64,000 nucleotides of DNA from Eledone cirrhosa (GCA_964016885.1 OZ024741.1:379750001-379814000); one strand, 5' to 3'; counted from the stretch's first letter, positions 1 through 14,551 are shown. Program-made: numbers and translations. Notes: generated by a model from the sequence alone, not told the origin.

Positions 1-83
1 ACTCGGGAATTCTACCCGCCCTAGATGTATATATATATATATTAAAATATAAGTATTAATAAAATAGATGTTCCTTTGATCAA

Positions 84-144
84 TTACATTGTATTATACA
101 TATTTAGGATGTACAACAGTACATCCTCATCAGACAAAATATAA
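84..144 (-). ncRNA. Type I hammerhead ribozyme motif, core variant (TAAA instead of GAAA)
   Basis: Minus strand: ttatattttgt CTGATGA ggatgtac-tgtt-gtacatcc TAAA tatgta TA atacaatgtaa. Confidence 0.6.
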
Positions 145-429
145 TGATACATGACATACCCTGAGATGTTAAATGGTTAAGATTTAATCAAGGTAGTGAT
201 TAACCCGATAGAAAATTTTACTTATATCCTATCTATGAGAAAATGCGAAAACGTAATAAATTCATTAGAGAATGTGTGAGTAATAAAAAAACGTTGCATA
301 CTGTAAATGTTCTAAAATTTTAAAGTGTATGATACTACGATATATCTAGGAAAACGTCTCATGAATCATGAGAGCCAGTGATAGCCACTGGAAAAATATT
401 TATAAAGAGGGAAAAATAAATAAATTTTG

Positions 430-2480
430 AAAATAAAGATGCTGAAAGAAAAACCAACAACAATCAGTTTGAATCTTTGTTTAAATCAAGAAAAAATCCT
501 CCATACAACATACTTCGGGAGGTTTTTGAAACAGAAATGCTCGGCATAATAAAAAAAAATTAAATTTAGGAAAAACCCATATATATGTTACCAATACATC
601 AGATCTCTAAAAGATAAAATCACAGAAATAAAAAATGTTAATAAAGTATCGGTTAAATCTGACAAAACTAATAATTTATATGGGATAAGCAAAGATGAAT
701 ATAACGACCTGATTCTGAAAGAACTTAGGAATAATTACAAAAAAACCCCGGCTGATGATCTTACTGAAATTAATGAAAAAGCCTATAAATGAATTACCAA
801 TCTAGGAATACATTCTTACCTAGACAGCCGAGGATTAACCTGAAGAATCATAAAAGAAACTTTAAGGAAGAGATGCCAGTTAGACTGATTGCTCCATCGA
901 AATCGCATATAGGAGTAATCAGTAAAAACATCATAGAATATTACCCACTCTTAATTGAGATCTAGTTTGAGCTTATGGAAAGATACAAACCAGGTCATTG
1001 AATGGTACACGAATATTGAAGATAAGAAAAACTCTAAATTCATCCAGATGGATATTACTAGCTACTATGCTTCTATAACACCTAAACTTCTAAATAAGGA
1101 GCTCTAATATGCTTATAAGCATACTGAACTAACCACAAATGAAATAGATATCATTTTAACAGCCAGAGGAACCCTCATTCACTTCAATAACGAATTTTGG
1201 ACACGCTCAGATAGAGATAGAAACATTGATATCACTATGGTGGCATCTGATTCCGCGCAAATCACAGATCTTCTGGGAATTTTCATATTAAACATGATAA
1301 ATAGAAAACTGCCGGAGATTACCGGTGGTTTATATTTTATTTAGGGTGTCATACACAACAATATAGAATTAAATAGAGTTAAGAAAAGTATAATAGAATT
1401 CTTTAAAACATACGACCTTAAATTAGAAGTAGAACATGCTACCAAAATAGTTAATTTTCTTGACGTTACCTTTAACTTAAACAATGGCTTCTATTACCCT
1501 TTTCATAAGCCTAATGAAAACTTATATTATTTTAGTAACTAGTCAAATCACCCTAGATCTGTAAAAACAGCTATAGTAAATAGTGTGCAAAAACGTATTA
1601 ATAAAATATCAGCTAATAAAGATATATTTGATAAAAATCCTGAATACTACAACAACGCGTTAAAAAGAGCAGGATATATGAATAATATAGAATATGTAGA
1701 TAATAACAATCCTAGTATTATTCCTAATAATAATAATAAAAATAATAATAACATATATAAGAGTAACTATAATAATTATAACTCAAACACACATACGCTA
1801 AATAAATCGAGAATACGAACTAGATCTAAACCAGTCGTATGGTTTGCACCCCCGCTTCGGTCGCAGTTAAAACACCAATTGCAAAACTATTCTTTAAAGC
1901 TCTTGACACCTCTTTCCCTACTCAACATAAATACCATTCCATTTTTAATAGACATACCATTAAATTCGCAAATTCTACAACCAGTAACATGGCCCAAAAC
2001 ATCGCCAAATTAAACGCCAAAATCCTAAAACCAAACCAACATAATGATCTACATAATAGAGTTAACATTAATGATACTAAACCAATGTAATCGTAGGAAT
2101 AAAACTAATTGCCCTTTGCAAAATAATTGTTTAGATAGTAATTTGGTTTATAAACGCACCGTAAAGCCTGACCACAAAACATACAATTACATAGGATCAA
2201 CCTCGTCCACATTCAAGGCTCGTTTTGCGAACCATAAATGCTCATTCTCGAACTCTAAGAAGAAATGATCCACGTCTTTATCACAGCTCATATGGTCTTT
2301 AAAAGAGAAGAATTTAGAATACTCCATTCTTTGGACAAAACTTCGGAACTGTGGAATTTACCGCAACTCTAGTATATGAAATAACTGCCCGCTCTGTACA
2401 ATGGAGACCCTGTTGATTATTAATAAGTATGAGCCTACGTCCACCTTTTTAGCCTCACATAAAACGAGAAAGAAAGAACC
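430..2480 (+). pseudogene. PLE reverse transcriptase / GIY-YIG endonuclease, frameshifted
   Basis: Fragments FIQMDITSYY, VNFLDVTFNL, YYNNALKRAGY, VVWFAPP, NCPLQNNCLDSNLVY..YIGSTSSTFKARFANHK, with multiple stops and frameshifts. Confidence 0.85.
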
Positions 2481-4029
2481 AATAACAACTCGGTTACCAG
2501 GAATATATAATCAACAGTAAAAACATCAATGGCCTTTAATATTGCTTTATTTTATAATTATCTATAGAAAAAACAACACTGGATTAAATGACAATATTTC
2601 AATTAACATGCCTAAACATTGATACACACAACATTATTTGTTAACTTTGATCAACACCATCATTTCTTTATATCCTTATTTATATCTATAATTTAGTACA
2701 ATACCTAATCCTTACATATTTATGGAATTTATTTAACTGTGAATTTCTAATACATTTGTGAACTCTTTTAAAGTTTAGTTTAAGCCCCAATCCATAAATT
2801 TTTATTAAACTTATCTATAACTCAAAGTTTTTAATGAGGTTTTGATCTATTATTTATAATATAATATAGCATATATTTCTTTTAAATATACTTACTGCAC
2901 AATAAAATCTAAATTTTGAGACGGATTCAAACTTATATATAAATGTGAATTTTTCGTGTACTTTCGATTTCTTATTTATTTATAATATAATGTATTATAA
3001 TATATATGTAGTTATATATTGTATTTCATATATTTTTTTATATTTTAAATATAGCTACCACATTTCTATATATATATGATTCAAATATAGAGAAAATATC
3101 CAAACTAATAATTATTATAGACATTATTTTGAACTCTGTATTATCCATGCACTCAATTTTTTTTCTTATATGTATATATATATATGTATTTAAATGTGAC
3201 ATGTTGATAAGATTATAACTGTTACCTAAAGTATACTAACAATACCTAATATATATCTATATATATATATACATCCCTATATTTAATAATATGTTGATAT
3301 CTTTTTTGAAGAATAATTAGTGCATTTACACCAAGTTATACATATGTATATATTTATCCTTAACATATTTTATTTTTATCTTCGTCGCTATTATTTACCT
3401 TAAACACACTGGCTCATTAATATATACCTATATACATAATAGTTATTTAAATATTTATGACAATAAGTACTTCAAAAGCTTTACATACCTAATATGTTGG
3501 TATATTTGTTAAAGTTTTAATTTAGGTAAATAATCAACAGTATAATATTTCATTTTTTATGTGCCAGCTAAATCCTTTAAATGTTACTCTCACAATTCAG
3601 AAGTTTAGAAATGATAACACACTTATCGAATTTATATAAAAAATATATAAATAACCAGCAAAAAATCCTGAAATATGGAGTCTTCACCCTAATATTATAA
3701 ATTAAATATTTTCAAATCTAACCGTTTAACTTTCGAACCCCGCACCCCCAACACTTTATTTTTCCCTCTTTATAAATCTTTTTTCCAGTGCTATCACTGG
3801 CTGTTATGATTGATGAGACGTTTTCCTAGATATATTGTATTATCATACACTTTAAAATTTTAGAACACTTACAGTATGCAACGTTTTTTATTACTCACAC
3901 ATTCTCTAATGAATTTATTACGTTTTCGCATTTTCTCATAGATAGGATATAAGTAAAATTTTCTATCGGGTTAATCACTACCTTGATTAAATCTTAACCA
4001 TTTAACATCTCAGGATATGTCATGCATCA

Positions 4030-4090
4030 TTATATTTTGTCTAATGAGGACGTACTGTTGTACATCCTAAATATGTATAATAAAATGTAA
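4030..4090 (+). ncRNA. Decayed hammerhead motif in pseudo-LTR
   Basis: ttatattttgt CTAATGA ggacgtac-tgtt-gtacatcc TAAA tatgta TA ataaaatgtaa; two core substitutions. Confidence 0.5.
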
Positions 4091-4460
4091 TTGATCAAAA
4101 GAATATCTATTTTATTAATACTTATATTTTAATATTAATAACTCCAGAAAAATGTTTTGACCGTTGAGTGCTTCCAATCTACTGTAAACTCATTATTAGA
4201 CATAATCATTTAACTGTTTAACAATTTAATATATATATATATATTTTTTTTTTTTCCAGTATATGTTGGTTGTATACCAACACCTAGTATGCAGGCTGGA
4301 GCACTCCACGAGGTGCGCAGGTTGGTTTGGTTACTCCGGAGTAATGTAAAATAAAGCTCCTCAGTGAAATAACAACCCAACCAGGAACTGGGCATATCAG
4401 AGTATTGCCAATATTATATACCTCAACAACAATGTACTTGTCTATACCACACTAATTCGG

Positions 4461-4515
4461 ACTGCCTGAAGAGCTCACACCCAAAGATGGCTGTCACTGA
4501 AATATATATAGCAGT
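4461..4515 (+). ncRNA. Type I hammerhead ribozyme (stem II decayed)
   Basis: actgc CTGAAGA ... GAAA tatata TA gcagt; homologous to 14552-14606. Confidence 0.7.
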
Positions 4516-4612
4516 AATAAACGAAGGTAAATTTAAAACATTTGGCTTTTTATTTAACTTTATTTTACATAAATATATTATTTTACATAAATATATATAC
4601 ATATATATATAT

Positions 4613-4681
<69 letters not shown>

Positions 4682-4687
4682 CATATA

Positions 4688-4775
<88 letters not shown>

Positions 4776-5022
4776 AACCAGTATTAGCCGTCGAAACGGC
4801 TTGAGCTCAGCCATCGCGGTCTTACCGGTTTCTATTACCCACTCTACTACACCAAGTATTGAGTACTTTGGTGCGTTATGGTCCACCTGGTTCCTTACCA
4901 CATTTCCTTCGTTATATATATATACATATTTATATATATATACATATATATATATATATTTGTTTTGCGAGGTCTCGAGGTCTTTCGATATGAAATCGTG
5001 TGTCGAAACAAATATAATAATA

Positions 5023-5054
<32 letters not shown>

Positions 5055-5055
5055 C

Positions 5056-5088
<33 letters not shown>

Positions 5089-5147
5089 TATTTCGTTTCT
5101 GAATTTGTTTAGCAAGATTCTTTATCTGAAATCGTGTGTTGAAACCG

Positions 5148-5655
5148 ATATTGTTATACTTGGGGAGGGTCATGTTGCCAATAAGAAACACACGCACCAG
5201 ATGCTTTCACTTCAATTTATTATATATCTATAAATTTATAAATTTATAAATTTCTGGTTTGTTGGTTGGTTCCACAACCAGATAGTTGTTTATATATAGT
5301 CATAGTTCTTTCGTCACACACTCTGTGACCTCTTCAGTGACTGGGGATTCCTTTCTTTGTTTCTGTGCCTCTCCTTTGTTCTGTCCTACGCCATTTTGTT
5401 TCAAACAAAATGGCGTAGGACAGAACAAAGGAGAGGCACAGAAACAAAGAAAGGAATCTCCAGTCACTGAAGAGGTCACAGAGTGTGTGACGAAAGAACT
5501 ATGACTATATATAAACAACTATCTGGTTGTGGAACCAACCAACCAACAAGAAATTTATAAATTTGTAAATTTATAAATATATAATAAATTGAAGTGAAGC
5601 AGCTGGTGCGTGCGTTTCTTATTGGCAACATGACCCTCCCAAAGTATAACAATAT
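5148..5655. repeat. ~250-bp-arm fold-back palindrome of a PLE 3' pseudo-LTR
   Basis: Axis at 5402 (ccattttgttt-c-aaacaaaatgg) with a few arm mismatches. Sequence is homologous to 30715-30930, 48472-48800 and 56915-57150. Confidence 0.9.
5462..5506 (+). ncRNA. Minimal type I hammerhead motif (mirror copy at 5298-5342 on minus strand)
   Basis: agtca CTGAAGA g gtcaca-gagtg-tgtgac GAAA gaac TA tgact. Confidence 0.65.
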
Positions 5656-6501
5656 ATATATATATATACATAATTATAGATATATATATGTGTGCGTGTA
5701 TGTGTGTGTGTGTAGCTGCGTTTATGTGTATGTAGTTGTGCGTGTGTGCACCTGTGTGTACATGTGTGTGCTTGCTCGTGTGATGTCACGTACACACTAT
5801 TTCCCTGTTCAGTGCAGTAGATAACATGTTGCGCTTATTGGAATCGTTATAACTGCATAAATATATTCACAAATCGCTATTGCGCCCACTAAAAATGCTT
5901 AATAAATTCTATATAACACTATGTACTGTAATGAAATGCTACATATTGTGATACAAAGTTTTCGTACTCGTAAAAGTAGAAAATTATGAAATAAATATCA
6001 AGAGTTATCGTGAACAAATCAATACAATAGTGCAATATTGAGAGACAGAAGCTATGAGTATCTAGGGTACAGATTTTCCTTACACGTTTGTTGCCTTTTG
6101 AAACAATCAAGTGATGTTGTTCACGTTTTGCTGAGTCTTTTTATACGAAGAATATCGCGAGAGAAAAATATTAGTTGTTCATAGCAAATTATTACAATTG
6201 TAATTTGCTGCTGAAATCCACCGAAACCACACAAAATGTAGATATCCCAAAGCGTCCATAAAATTGCATTTTCACCGAAACTGATAAACAAGAACGTAGA
6301 CGATAATGACTTACCAGAGGACATGCGGATGACTCGGTTATTTACATACATAAAAAAACAAAGGCGTACACGCGCAGATTTATATATGCAAATGTATATG
6401 CCTTCATCCTACTCCAAATAAGTAGGTATTTAACTATGTATATGTGTATAACACACATACACACAGAGACACACACAGAGACACACGCACATATACACAC
6501 A

Positions 6502-6545
<44 letters not shown>

Positions 6546-6597
6546 TGTATATGTGTATATACATATATATATATATATATTCTAAAGACACGATTTA

Positions 6598-6637
<40 letters not shown>

Positions 6638-8026
6638 ATGTATATATTTATGTATATATGTATATATATGTAAATATATGAAAATAAATGTGTATATTGT
6701 GTATATGTAAGTATATGTATATATATATATATATAAATATATATTAGTTTGAGGTTTGAAAGAATAGGAAATGTGTCTTAAGGTGTCAGGCATTATATCT
6801 TCACCGGAAAATATTATAGGAGCTAGTTAAAAAGGTTACAAAAAAATGTTCTTTTACAGGAGGAAAGCACACGTGTGATTAGTCTGCCAACTCATATAAA
6901 ACATAGAGATATACACAAACACAAACATATGCACACAAGCTCGTGATGTCGCTCACTTATATATATATGTGACCACATTTACAGAATTATGCATGTAAAT
7001 AAACATATGTCCAGCTGAAATGGAAATATTTTCATCAAACTTTTACCATCATGAAGTAAATAATATAATACAAGTTATATTTTTAAAATATAGAGTTAAC
7101 AGGAATAAATAAACAAAAATCGATCAGAGATCAATAAAATTGTCTGAACTCAAATTCAGTGTACTTACTTGAAAGCCTTGTAATTGCAAAATAAAACAAA
7201 TAAAAACGAAATTCTTATTTATTTACCTACGGCTTTAGATTTATCCTATTAAATCCAAACATCACATGTCAATGAAAGAACATTTAGATAAAAAATACGT
7301 TTGAAATGACTGAAGCTACGTAATAATTTATAAAATGTTTCATAAACCGACCAGGTCTTATCTTTTAAAGTATAAGAGCCTCTAGGATATGTAGTCAGCG
7401 CGTTTGATAGAGAGAAAAATAAAGATGCCATTTATCAAATGATGTATTTCTCTGAAATGGTGAGATTTCATATACACTGAGTTAATGTTTATATCATGGA
7501 AATGTACTACTGTAGATCGCTTAGTTAAGAGCGTGATCAATTAAACTGTCCCAAGTTATCCATTCGAATATAATATGGATCGACAACTTATATTCATATG
7601 CACATTTATCCTCAATAATGGTAGATTCTTACCGTAGCAATATTTATCTCAAAGCTCTGTCCCTTTTTCAAGAGAAGGATTTAACCATATCAATTCCTGA
7701 CTAATTCAACTTAGCATAATGATAATTTTTTCGGTGGGTTCTAAAATGGAATGAAGTAATACGTTTCAAGATATACAATATTCGTTTTCTATACCTTATC
7801 TTGATCGGCAATTATTTATACGAATTTGATTTGTCATTGAATGAATTCCAGATAGTGTGCCTTTCAACTACCACTAATATTTACATCACGTTGCTTGATG
7901 TGCCTATTACACTTAATGACATCACCGTTTGAATATTGTGTATTACAAATACGAGGGGCCAGAAATGTTTGGTGTGCGGCTGCTTCACCCACCTCACCTG
8001 CGTTGGCTTGACTCGTCGAGCTTCCA

Positions 8027-10850
8027 ATGCCTTCGCAGCGCGGAGGTGCAGGAGCTGCCTCTTCCCCTAGTCTTCCCCTAGTCTTCCCAGCCACGGCCGT
8101 CTGGCACACCACCAGATGGAATAGCGACCTTGCAAGACATCCGAGCCTCGCTGGTCAACATCGCTCGGCTCAGGCGGCTCCGGAAGATCCCACTCAGGAG
8201 CCCGAGAGTGGGAGGGGTGCCGGTGGCCGATACCCTTGCTTCCTTGATTGAGAGCGCCCTGGACTCCAATCGAGCCAGTGACTGGGAGCGGCTGTTCTAT
8301 TTCGCCCCACTCGCCGTCGGCCTCCCCAGCTATGGTCAACAGCAGCCTTTGTCAACGCCAATGTCTCGTCATTTGGGCGAGCACCCTTTCCAAGCGTGCC
8401 CAGGGACGCCACACACCCCACCCTCAGGTACCCCCTATCCTCCACCCCCGAGGCCAGCGCCAAGCGTTTGCGAGACCAGGTAAACGCAAAGCTTATCATG
8501 GGTGATGTCTCGGCCGCAGTCAGAGTTGTTGCCTCAGAGGACACTGTCCCACCAACCCACAGAGGTGATCCTGCCTGCTCTGCGGCTGAAACATCCTGAG
8601 CCACCCACTGATCTCAGACCCATACCCCCACCCGACCCCTACCTGTTCCTTGTTGCTACTGATGCAGATATCATGTCTGCTATCAGGTCCTTCCCAGCTA
8701 GCAGCTGCGGAGGTGTTGATGGTCTCCGACCAGGCCACTTCAGGGAGTTGACATACCACCCTCTCCGCTGAGGCCGGGCACCGCCTTCTGAGTGGAATTG
8801 TGGCGCTCACCAATAGGCTCATTCATGGTGCCCTCGACCCTTACGCCCGAGGCCTCTTTTTTTCGGCCAGCCTCACCGCTCTCAGGAAGAAAGAGGGTGG
8901 CATACGCCCCATTGCTGTGGGCAATGTCTTCTGGAGGCTGGCTGCCAAGGTGATCTGCAAGTCCGTCAAACATGAACTGGGTGAGGAGTTTAGTCTGGTG
9001 CAACTGGGTGTTGGCGTGTCCGGTGGCTGTGAGGGAGCCTCTCATGCAATCAGGCAGTTCTTCAGCAGCTGCCCATCGGTACCGGCATCCAGGGACTCCA
9101 GGCACCTCATTGTCAAGCTTGACATGAGGAATGCCTTTAACACTTTACGACGGGATCATCTGCACGAAGCCTGCCTCAGCCGAGCGCCGCTGTCTACCCG
9201 CTGGCCTACCTGTCATTTGGAGCCCCGAGCATGCTCCTAGATGCTGATACAGTCATACCCTCGGCTACTGGGATCCAACAGGGCGACCCTTTGGGACCCC
9301 TCCTGTTCACCCTTGGTATTGACCACATCGCCCGGAGTATCACCGCTCCTCTCAACGTTTGGTATCTGGATGATGCAACGTTGGGCGGGTCCGTACGGAC
9401 GGTCTGCCAAAACCTTCAATCGGTGATACCTGCCCTGGCTGGAATCGGCCTCCAGGTTAACTCGGCCAAGTCGGAGGTGGTAAACGTCAGACTCTCGATG
9501 CTGTGAGCTTTGCAGCCTCCGTCTTGCACGTGCGGTCCATTCTCCGCCAGGTTCAGGTGACCAAAAAGAGGCCATCCGCTCCACCATCAGATCCAGGCTT
9601 CAACAGCTCCAGACTCTCACGAGCCGACTGGGCTTGATTGACGGCCACCCAGCTCTCTTTCTGCTGAGAAACTGCTTCGCCATCCCGAAGCTCCTCTATA
9701 CACTCCGCAGCACTCCATGCTACACACAGACATCTCTCCTCGCTGACCTCGATACTTGTATCCGAGCAGCATCCGAGAGGATATGCGAGGTCAAGTTTGA
9801 CGATATAGGGTGGAAACAGCCCACTTTACCGGTCAGGTATGGCGGCCTTGGCCTCCGGTCCCCGATCTCACTAGCTTTGCCGGCGTATCTTTCGTAGGTA
9901 ACCTCGTGCCGCGTCCTCGACAGTAGGGTTCTTCAAAACACAACAGAACCCTCTGTGTTCAGAGAACGTGAGGCCACCTGTGAGACGTGGGACCGGATGT
10001 GACTTGGCCCAGTAAACGTCCCTCCTCCTTGTCCCCCTGTTGACGTCAAGTCCCCCAACGCACTTAGGATGCCATCCAGTGCAGCCTGCCCTCAGACAGA
10101 CTCACGCGCCAGCTCGACCAGCACCGCCTTGCTTGTTTTCGTGCCGCCCCCAAACCCCACAGTAAGTAGTGCCTGGCTCCATGCTCTGCCCTCCTTCTCC
10201 ACTGGCACGCAGCTAGACAACCATAGCCTGCGAATCGCCGTTTCCCTGGGGCTCTGCCTCCTGATCTTCTAACCACACCAATGTCGCTGCGGTTCCACCG
10301 TGGACTCTTTCGGCCTCCACCCGCTTTGATGTTGCCACAGTGTCGGGCGCATTCCACGCCATACTGCCCCCAACGAGGTCATTAAGCATGGCTTGGACGC
10401 TACAGGCTTCCCTTCCCAGCTCGAGCCGGTGGGCCTGGATCGAGGGGACGTCAAAAAAGCCAGATAGCATGACTATCTTCCCGTTCCGCGGTGGCAAACC
10501 CCTCGTCTGGGATGCCACTTGCACCGACACTTTCTGCAGCCGCAACCTGGTGCAGTCTGCGCCTGACCCAGGTTCTGCTGCACGTCGGGCTGAGGGGGCC
10601 AAATTCCTCAAATACCGGTCGCTCTCCGACAGGTTTGCGGTCGTTCCCCTGGCAGTGGAAACTTCCGGTGTCCCCGGCCCCAGGGCTATCTCCTTACTCA
10701 CCACCATAGGCGCTGAGTTGGCCAGCCGTAGGTGTGGGCCCCGCGAGTTAGAGTGGCTTTTCCAGCGCGTCTCCCTTGCAGTCCTCCGGTGAAACGCCTT
10801 CTCCATTCTGTCCGCCGGGGCTGTGGATGGGCCCCATCGCATACCATTAC
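8027..10850 (+). mobile_element. Non-LTR retrotransposon, CRE-like clade (RT + RLE), frameshifted
   Basis: GGVDGLRPGH, KKEGGIRPIAVGN, QLGVGVSGGCEG, KLDMRNAFN, GIQQGDPLGPLLF, WYLDD, LPVRYGGLG, and RLE region KPDSMT..GKPLVWDATCTDT..VPLAVETSG. Forms a GC-rich island. Confidence 0.85.
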
Positions 10851-10997
10851 ATTAGTTATTTACCATTCTTTCATCCCAGTAGAGTTAAATAAACACAAGA
10901 GTATTCACTTAATTCTATAGAATTCTCAATAAATGTGGCATCGTATTTTGCCAATTTAAAACTGTCAGTAACAAGTACTGTGGCCTTTCATTATATC

Positions 10998-11113
10998 TGT
11001 GTTCAAATCCCGCCGAGGTTGACTTTGCCTTTCATCCTTACGGGGTCGATAAAATAAAGTACCAGTAATGCACTGGGTAATTGCTGGCCTTGTGCCTAAA
11101 GTAGAAACAATTA
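10998..11113 (+). mobile_element. tRNA-type SINE (partial)
   Basis: B-box-like gttcaaatcc followed by the shared body gactttgcctttcatccttacggggtcgataaaataaagtaccag, repeated across the window. Confidence 0.8.
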
Positions 11114-14100
11114 TATCTAGTAACATGACAGGCTATTTGCATATGGTTGCCTCTTCACATCATGCCCAAGCTTCACGTAAAGCAAGCAACTCCCAGTCAC
11201 CCATGTACATAGAGGTCTCTATTAATGTTATCTGGAATATGTGAATCAATATTATTCAAACCTGCAATATATAAATGTAAAGAGCGTCAGTTAGGTGACC
11301 ACATTCCTGAACATTGCAACATGCAGAATAATGTTCAGTAACATAGCAAACGTAGTAATACAATACTTATTTAGTTATCTACAGAAGAGCAATACTACTG
11401 AAATGGCTGGGTGTGCTACAGAAATAGGCTAGTGTAGCTACTCGATCATCTTCAAATAAAACACAAACGATTCCACAAAAAGATGAGCGTGCATTGGATA
11501 AAATAATCCATTATATAGAGAACAAGGATTTTTGTAGCGGTGTTATGTTGGCTCAATCCCCAGTTCAGCTGGCAATAAACAATGATAGTATGTATCGAGA
11601 CCAACCGTAACATCATGCTCCTTCCGAATGCGCCTACATGGAACCAAGAAATATATATTTTAACTATGTTGGTGTGTTTAATTACAGCGCCATAATGTGA
11701 TGCAAACTATTAATATCCCACTTTGTTTTCATCTAACATCGCTCATTAGTAGCCGTTGCTGTGTTGTTACTATTTTCTGTGCTTTTCATTCAAATCCCAC
11801 TGGAAACAAATTTGCCTTTCACTATTTCGAGATTGATACATAAAGTACAAGTCCAATGTTGTGAATTAAAGGATTTGTTAATACGAGATAATTTATGATA
11901 TATCTCTGACAATTTGAATTCTCAATTGTTAGATGATAGACTTAATTCGTCATCTAGTATTACATCATCAACTTTTACTTGGGTGTCTAGTACAATCATT
12001 CGGGCCTCGTGCTGGCGTTGAGGATAACTACTTTCTCTCATCCTAGCTGCTTCAGACGCCCATAGGATTTTTTTGTGACAGTCCTTTAATTACCTCTTAA
12101 CCTCCTGTAACAATTTGGCATAAAATGTCTAAAAAACATATTTCAAATGTTTATAGTATTCTTATACAGGGACAGATTGTTCGGAAATTTGCAATATTAG
12201 AGTAGATACTATGTATATGTGTGAGTCATAGTGCCGATTTGTACTTTCTATGACTCTCTTGCTTATGTGAATTCATGTAATACATAATATTAAGGGTTAA
12301 ATAAATGCTAAGTCAATCTCATAATATGTAGATAGAAAACATTCTTGCTTCAGCTCATCTATAAGATTCTATATAAAATATTTTGTCTAATTGATGTTAG
12401 AAATTGTAGCTAAATGTTCAGCAATTCAGACTTTGCAATCTTAAACAGAAATAACATTATGTAACATATGATCATAAATATATCTAAAAATAAGATGGAA
12501 TGGCCATCGCTAGAGGCTTTGATCCATACAGAAAAGAAAACCACATGTTATTGCGAATTCCATCTCTTTCAAATGAAGTTTTATATCCCATCTATTCAAC
12601 ATTGCAGCGCCGGAGCTTTTTACAGATTCATTTCATTTCAATGATTTTATTACGATTCAATAAAGCAGCATCTACTCTGTAGTGACAATATTCTTCAACT
12701 GATATGTCAACTGTGCTAATTCCCACCCCCATACATTTAGGAAGCCTCTCCGACACTGGAACCTAGATGTTGTGTTGCTGCTGTGTTTGATTTTTAGTTT
12801 CAGTTCGACCCTGAACTTCGAAGATATATAATAAAACGTATTCCAAACATATGAACAATCTCTCTTTTTAAGCACGTATGAAATGTATCCTTTTATTTCT
12901 AAGATGCTAGAGTGAAATTTGAAGATTACTGCCGAACTGTTGTATACTGAGATGTTGGTATTCCAGGAATGTTTTGTGATTTAATTCAAAGCTAAAGCTA
13001 TTTTATATTTATCACCCTCATGTCACATCATTTAAACCTATTACTGAAAGTTATAGCATATTTAACTAAAGCTTTTAGACCTAAAACCGTATAAATGGGC
13101 ATTGATGCCTTTCCTCACGAAGCCATAAAATATGTAAATGATAACATCTACCTGTCACTTTCCTATTTCAAATTATTATTGCTGAATGCCTAGTTATTTA
13201 CACATTTTATGTCACATTATGTGCTTTAAGAATTCACTGGAATGATTGCCCACAGGATTGACCACTATATCATAACACCTAATAAATCGACAGTAAACGT
13301 TGAGCCATCTTTAAAGTGTGTACGTTGACACTCGACCTGCAAGTAATTGCAACCAAGGCTTTCTCAAATGCTAAGTAAATGTTAATACCAAATATTAAAA
13401 TAATGCTGGATACAATATGCCAAAATTGAAGAGAAGTTGGCCACAATAATAATGCCTTTTGAAACTTACTTTTGACTTCACACAGATATATTTGCTAACA
13501 CATGGAAATTATATCAGACTATGTATGAGGCTAATACATGCATGTGCGTTCTAAGGCTTACAATGTAGTGACATACAAACCATCACATGTAACAATAACG
13601 GAGATGGAAAGAAGAACAGCAATGATAAATTTAAGAGAAAAGTTAGAGTTGAGGTTGACAGAATGAAGAGAGAAAAGTCCATCTAGAATCTTATTCGATA
13701 ATCTAGAAATTCCACCAGTCACCAAATCTAAACTTGCAATTTATTTTATTGGGTCAAAAAGGACGAAAGTAATATTTGAACTCAGATCTGAGTGTAGAGG
13801 CTCAGCTAACTCACTTATCAATTCAAATTCCAACTTGGTCGACTTCATCTTCCAAGATTCCAAGGTCAATTATATTAACATTAGATGTCAATGTAATCGA
13901 CTTTACCACATTGTGTGCTCAGGGCAATTGCTGAATCCAGTAAGAGTATACAAGAATAACACTCTAAATGTCTTCCAGTAACTGGAGTTTAAGGACTAAA
14001 ACAAAACCAAGTCAAGGACTTGTAAACCCAGCCCTGCGGGATATAATTATAGCACACAAAAGTATATAGCACAATGGTTATGATTCTTACATAGGTTGGG

Positions 14101-14551
14101 CTTCTGACTTCTTGCACAAAACACTTCCTTTCATGTTTCTGAAATCCACTCAGCTGAGAATGAGTAGCTGTGATATATTACTGCAAGATTGGCATCCTCT
14201 CCTGGACTCTCAGTCGCTTAACGTCGATGCAGCCAGGATACTCATCGGCCTGACGAAGCTCCCTGGCTTGATACAGTCTTTAGTTATTTTAACATAAGAT
14301 AGTGGAATCCAAATTATTTACCTTAGTATCGATAAATGTAACATTCAGTATATCCACTATATATATATATCGCCTATATATCGCCTATATATATATATAT
14401 ATTTTTTTTTTACGCTGAAATTCGTTTGTTTAAATTCATATGATTCCAGTTCCTCAGTGAAATAACAACCCAACTAGGAACTGGGCATATAAGAGTATTG
14501 AAGTTAAACACCTCAACAACATGTGTACTCGTCTCTACCACACGAATTCGA

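Larger units (their letters stand above)
41..4134 (+). mobile_element. Penelope-like retroelement, decayed, with inverted pseudo-LTRs
   Basis: 41-420 is the reverse complement of ~3755-4134. The interior holds a broken RT + GIY-YIG reading frame, and each terminal repeat has an HHR-like motif. Confidence 0.85.

Noticed and set aside
430-2480. Selenocysteine read-through of PLE stops (reported for Naiad PLEs)
   Set aside because: Stops include TAA/TAG plus frameshifts, and the endonuclease is C-terminal; ordinary decay.
4487-5197. [12 protein letters not shown]-rich ORFs here and throughout the window
   Set aside because: Translations of stop-free microsatellites, not proteins.
5286-5518. 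Near-identical ORFs on both strands (also 47424-47835)
   Set aside because: A by-product of DNA palindromes.
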